Shown piece by piece: positions 58,661-64,000 of a stretch of DNA of 64,000 nt. The notes beneath the pieces are model-generated. The model was not told where the DNA came from and did no database searches. It saw nothing but the letters and a program-made list of their open reading frames with translations. Both the position numbers and the translations under genes were made by a program. The DNA is from Macrostomum lignano (lineage: Eukaryota), in contig NIVC01003767.1 of the NCBI GenBank assembly GCA_002269645.1, positions 13,732 to 77,731 on the forward strand. The letters run 5' to 3'. Position 1 is the stretch's first letter. Each line of letters starts with the position of its first letter.

Positions 58661-59087
58661 GTTGTTGTTGTTGATGCCAACTACTCTGCTACTCCGTCCT
58701 GTCAGTTTCGTCCTCAACACTGGCTCCCCACTGCGGGAGGCTTCTCCACCACTCCCAGTAACTCCGGGCTTCCTTCGGTTGCTCGCAAACCGCCTGCATG
58801 CCTTCACAGCACCACATCCTCCTTCTGCCATCCGTCGCCGGGCAGTCCCAGATGTGCTCCATCGTCTCATCTTCCATGCCGCAACCCCTGCACCGTCCTT
58901 CCTCTTGCAGCCCAATTCTTCTCCTGTAGGCAGCCAGCTCAATCGAGTGTCCCGTGCGCATTCTTCTGTAGCTCACCTCCTCTCTGCAGTTGAACCCCGG
59001 GTCTCTCTTCCTGCCTTTCGTGCTTGCATACACCCTCCTCATTCTCTCATGCCTCCACTCACAAATCTGTCTCCACTCACAAATCTG
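58661..59087 (-). mobile_element. Mirror Ingi-like LINE A fragment within the CTG/TTG tract
   Basis: ORF 58689-59303. Confidence 0.8.
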
Positions 59088-59187
59088 CAGCTGCTGCTGT
59101 TGCGGCTGCTGCCACAGCACCTGGGCCTGCAGGTGCTGCTGCAGGTCTTCATTGTAGCAATGCTGCTGCTGCTGCTGCTGCTGCTGC

Positions 59188-59223
<36 letters not shown>

Positions 59224-59550
59224 GGCTGCTGCTGCTGCTGCTGTTGCGGCTGCTGCTGCTGCTGCTGTTGCGGCTGCTGCCACAGCAGATGGTCACTCTC
59301 CATGCTATGCGTGAAAGACTTAAGGACTTGGGCTTAACCTGTTGACTATATGCAAGAATCCCATCACATACAATCGCCAACTGTACGTCAGAAACAATTT
59401 TATAGAAAGCGGATCATAATTTTTTTACGCATACGCCAATAGACACCACTATTGACACTCTCTTGCTTCAAGAATTAAGGCATATTACAGCATACAAGTA
59501 CGGTAAGGGATACTCCTAAATAAACACAAACTGCTAATGAGGTAACTTAC

Positions 59551-59955
59551 TTTAACTGCTTCGCTGAACTTGCGCCACTCTGACGGATGTGGAGGCAGTG
59601 GCCGATCATGCTGAATGGCCTCTCTTGCCAGCGCGACGAATTCCACAGCAAAATCTCGCAAGAGGGCAGCATGTTGCTTCCCTTTAAACATTTCGGATTC
59701 CATAAAAGATGGATGATAACTGCGGTAATGGTCGCGGGCGCACGCAAATGCTTTAGAGCATGACTTGTCGAAACACATGACGCCGCCGTGTCGCACCTTC
59801 TCCTCAAAAGTGGCGAACCAGTGCAAGTCATGCACTCGGTGCATTAAGTCGCGATGCATTTTAGGCCAATGCCTGTTTTTTAAGTTGTCTAGCCTTGATT
59901 TCAGGCCACAAATGACACATTCCTTCTGTTCTCTTGAATGATGGCTACGACTCAT
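59551..59955 (-). CDS. Mirror zinc-finger exon
   Basis: Identical translation to 7689-8093. Confidence 0.55.
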
Positions 59956-61349
59956 TCTGTAAAAGAATGAGAAATTTCGACCTTGGGTCGCACTCTCTTT
60001 TATTGGGTCGCAAGCTCTTTTATTACTTAATCAGGTTTCCGGCCAAGTCTGGCCAGCTCCCATTGGATAAGGGAAGTTGGGAAGGTGTAGCTGTAGAATT
60101 TAGGAGCCAATCGGAGGAGTTGCAGGGAGCGAATAGTGGAGTATTTATTGCACGCTTGACTGATTTTGCAGACCTAACCGTAACCCTAACGCTAGCCCGG
60201 TTACCATTGTCATAGCTTTTGTATTGATTATGATATTGACATTACACTCGCATGTCGAAGGCACATTGCGCAATAGCAGAGCTCTACAATTCAAAACAGT
60301 ATAGTTTCACATTGCGCAACGGTGCAACTTATTTTCTTTTGTCATTTCTACCATGTTGGTCGATCGCAAGTAGCCTGCAATCCATTTATTAATAATAGCT
60401 CTTATGTCAGACTCATACTTTTCGGTTCTTAATAACATCAAATTAATTTATGAGTTTAAGTGACTAGCATACAAGTTCGCAGAACCTATCAAGAGCAAAA
60501 CAAAGAGCATCGCCATTTCATTTAGCGCCGAAGTTTTCTTTCTTCAAACTCAAGGCATGCAGCATCAAAGGCTAGGGTTTTTCGGCCAGAATTGAAAGAT
60601 TTTCAAATAAGTATTGAATTCAGGATTTCGTAATATCGTCAACCGCTTATAAAACGCGCTTACGAAATGAAAATGACTGATTTCAAACATACGCAACACA
60701 GCCTTGCCTCGCAACTGAGACCTGAAAAATTGACTGCCATACACTCTGGTCATCCTAAGAAATGTATCAACCTCCTTATTAAAAGTGTATAAGCATCCTA
60801 ACCCTAGGAGACATATACACTTTTTAGAGGTAATACACCTTAGTGTATAAACATCCTTGACTGCTGTACGAATATCCTAAACAATGTATAGGTCTCCTAA
60901 AGAACTGTATACCTCTCCTAGCAAAAGTGTACAAACCTCCTTGACAAACTGAAGCTTACTTTTTACCCTTAGAAATTACCCGAACCCTTACGAAAAGTTT
61001 ATGGGCATCTAGTCAGGGGCCCCTAAAAAGTTACTAAAATACATACTATCCAGCTGCTAGGTTGCTCTTATGGACAGATGTAAAACTGGGACCTGCAAAA
61101 TTGACTGCCATACACTCCAAGGCTTTTATTTCAATGTTGTACAGTGAAAAAAGCAAGAGTAAATAAAATAACATTTTTTAAAGATTTCCGACAAAATGGA
61201 AAGGACATTTGCATGCGCCGATGCATCTTCTTATAGTGGTTTAGATACGCATTAAGTCAGAATTCATTCTCGTCGGCAAAAGCTCCTCAGAAGTTAGTAA
61301 ACTTCTTACAGCAAGTGATTTTCGATGGAAGAAAGTGTCTACAGATGGC

Positions 61350-62172
61350 CTTTACGTCAGAAGAGTATGCTGCGCTTGATTTAAATTAACTACGTAACTG
61401 CTGCTACACATTATTTACTGAAACTAGTTACTAGCTTCTGAAACACTAGTCGGCAAGTATATGTGATGGGATTCGTTCTTAATCAACTTGGTACGAACTC
61501 AATCAACCTGTAGCCTGATATAAAGTTTCTCAGGGGCCCCTAAAAAGTTACTAAAATACTTACTATCCAGCTTGTAAGTTGCTCCTATGGACAGATGTAA
61601 TGGATAGCGTCAGAAGAGTATGCTGCGCTTGATTTGATTTAACTACGTAACTGCTGCTACACATTAGTTACTAAATTAGTTACTGAAACACTAGTCGGCA
61701 AGTATATGTGATGGAATTCGTTCTTTTCAACTTGGTACAACCAAAGTCCTTTGGAAATCTTTCACTGAGTATAGAGAGCGGCCATGCACATTTTCAGAAG
61801 GCTGTAGTCTGATATTAAAGTTGCTCAGGGGCCCCTAAAAAGTTACTAAAATACTTACTATCCAGCTTCTAGGTTGCTCCTATGGACAGATGTAATGGAT
61901 AGCGTCAGAAGAGTATGCTGCGCTTGATTTGATTTAACTACGTAACTGCTGCTACACATTAGTTACTGAATTTGTTACTGAAACACTAGTCGGCAAGTAT
62001 ATGTGATGGAATTCGTTCTTTTCAACTTGGTACAACCAAAGTCCTTTGGAAATCTTTCACAGAGTATAGAGAGCGGCCATGCACATTTTCAGAAGGCTGT
62101 AGCCTGATATTAAAGTTGCTAGGGGTCCCTAACCCTTACTAAAATACTTAGTATCCAGCTTCTAGGTTGCTC
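61350..62172. repeat. Mirror 295-bp tandem repeat
   Basis: Reverse complement of 5470-6290. Confidence 0.88.
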
Positions 62173-62517
62173 AGGCTGCTTATTAGTAGTAGTAGCGTAA
62201 CTGCGACGTCATTAAAATAATGCAAGACTGCCAACAGAATAACCTTTTCCCTCCTATATTACGCTGCTGTTGGTGTACAGCGGACATTTTGATGCTACAG
62301 GCATATGTTTATTCATTCACTTTCGGACAATGGGCGATGGTAAATCATAGTGATCAGGTAGTTATATTTAAACAGTTAGTGCAAAATTAGAGCTAAGGAG
62401 GGGCGAAGGCCGGATGTACGGATATTGACGATGGATGCAATTAACACTATCTGAACTTATTTTTGAGAAAGTGTTTATATGCTTATGTAAATGCATACAA
62501 TGCATAAAATGCAGCTT

Positions 62518-63363
62518 TTAAAATCGGCTTGTTTCAACGTATATCCACGCCGTGTTGGCCGCGAGTGCCAGCGAAATGATGTCGGCGCTTCTTAGCCGTT
62601 GAATCTGATTGCGCCCTGAGTAAAAAATATTAAGAAAAGAAACCGTCGTTTACATTCTGCGTATACCATGCTACTACCAAAGCAAGTAAAGTATAATTAA
62701 CAAGTGTAGGGCAAAGAATCTAAACTCACCAACTGCTTGCGCCATTAACGAATGTGCCATTGCTGCTCAGGTCTTTTATCACCGTCACGGAGTGCCGCCA
62801 GCGTTATGCTACAAAACAACGGATAACTTGGTTTGATTGACTCATCTTGACTCATCCGATTCTCAGGAGTCCGACTGTGAAATAAGACTTACCCTTTTTA
62901 TCTCAAATGCCTTCGTGAGTACAGAAGGATATTGGGATCATTTCCTTCCATCAACACTTCGGTACATGATATGTCCGACCAATGGTGACGACATTTTCGT
63001 CATTCTTCAGAGCTGCGGGTTACGAATGAATGACACTTCTATGTCTACTTCTCGATGATCTTCCTCGACGTCCTCGATGTCCGGCACATCACCATCCATA
63101 CTCACTAGGCCCGAGTATTACCAAATGTCTTTTTACCAAGGTACCAAACGCACAAATGAGCAAAATGACTCACCGACGTTTTTAAAAAAATTAGGCAAAG
63201 CGAATAGCCACCCATATGTCGGAGTGATTGAAGCCACAGCTTCACTTGTGGTGCACTGTGGTGCGCTTGTGGTGCCAACTCCTGGTGCGTCACCTGTGCT
63301 GTCTGCAGCTGCCACCATGACGGCTGCGTCGGCCAGCAAATCTAGCGCAGAATTCTGAAGCAT
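62518..63363 (-). pseudogene. Mirror FHA gene, frameshifted as assembled (two 1-bp deletions in exon 2; may be sequencing error)
   Basis: GGTCGG-ACAT and CATTTG-AGAT each lack one G relative to the left copy; exon 1 has a T/I substitution. Confidence 0.7.
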
Positions 63364-64000
63364 CAGATCTTGTTACTATGTTACTTGTTACATGTTACTG
63401 GATTCGATAAACATGTTCCTGGATTCGATAAAAATGTTACTGGATTTTTGGAAAATGCCTTTTAGAACAGACTGATTTTGGCATATCTTTGAAATTTGCC
63501 ACTTATAAAATTAAAAAGCAAATTTAAAGCAATCAAGTATACTAAAAATATTTAAATCTTTCCTGGTTACTCTGGTTTCCTGGTGTTTTTGTCTCTTCTA
63601 GACCTGAGCAGATCAAAGCACCTTTCTAAAGTAAATGTTAAAAATAAAGTGGATGTTAAAAGTAGCTTCTTAATCTATCAAATAGTTTACATATTATATA
63701 GATATAATGTATATAATGTACATATATAAATACAAAATATTACTCTTTTAATATTAGGTCTGTGTCTCTTTGTTTGAGCAACAAAGTAAAACATTAGGGA
63801 AACAAAGCAGCTTAAATTAACATTTGTACAAAACAACATTATGACAACATTTGCTGACAACATTACACCCAACATTGTGGCAATGTTTTTGGCGTCTATG
63901 GTTCTTTTAAACTGGTCAGCTTGCCGCAGTCCGTAATTTTAAGTATCCGTGATACTATTGTGAGCTCAAGCATGTTCTGTTGCATTCTGTGCAAAACTTT

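Larger units (their letters stand above)
34922..64000 (-). repeat. Right arm of the giant inverted duplication (runs to the window end)
   Basis: Begins GCAGCCTCG-CGTCGCGGAGCAGCCGGCAG, the reverse complement of ~34282-34310, and is collinear outward to 3634/64000. Confidence 0.97.

Overview
Eukaryotic (metazoan-type) genomic DNA with GT-AG introns, AT-rich intergenic sequence and many transposable elements. The bacterial-style ORF track is mostly shadow ORFs. Nearly the whole window is one giant inverted duplication: 3634-34310 is mirrored by 64000-34922, and the right arm runs off the window end. The centre holds about 350 bp of unmirrored sequence plus a 263-N assembly gap (34659-34921). The arms differ by scattered substitutions, arm-private 1-bp indels and satellite copy number. 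They may be two uncollapsed haplotypes or paralogues scaffolded head-to-head rather than a true palindrome. Each arm carries, from outside in: (1) a 4-exon gene for a ~162-aa stand-alone Chk2-like FHA protein; (2) a 295-bp tandem repeat; (3) a zinc-finger exon followed by a polyQ (CAG/CAA) tract hit by two divergent Ingi/I-group LINEs with (CAA)n tails, one of them split by an RTE-like LINE with four C-terminal zinc fingers; (4) a GGCTCCCATAAG satellite interrupted by an ~8-kb Ty3/Gypsy element with a tRNA-Gln PBS, whose Gag carries a cold-shock domain after its CCHC knuckle; (5) a decayed Gypsy pol fragment; (6) a 1-kb Mutator-like non-autonomous element; (7) the 5' part of an ankyrin-repeat gene that runs into the gap from both sides. 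The strongest novelty candidates are the cold-shock-domain Gag, the apparent (CAG/CAA)n targeting by Ingi-like LINEs, and the FHA-only Chk2-like gene. All homology calls come from motif recognition by eye; no database search was run.
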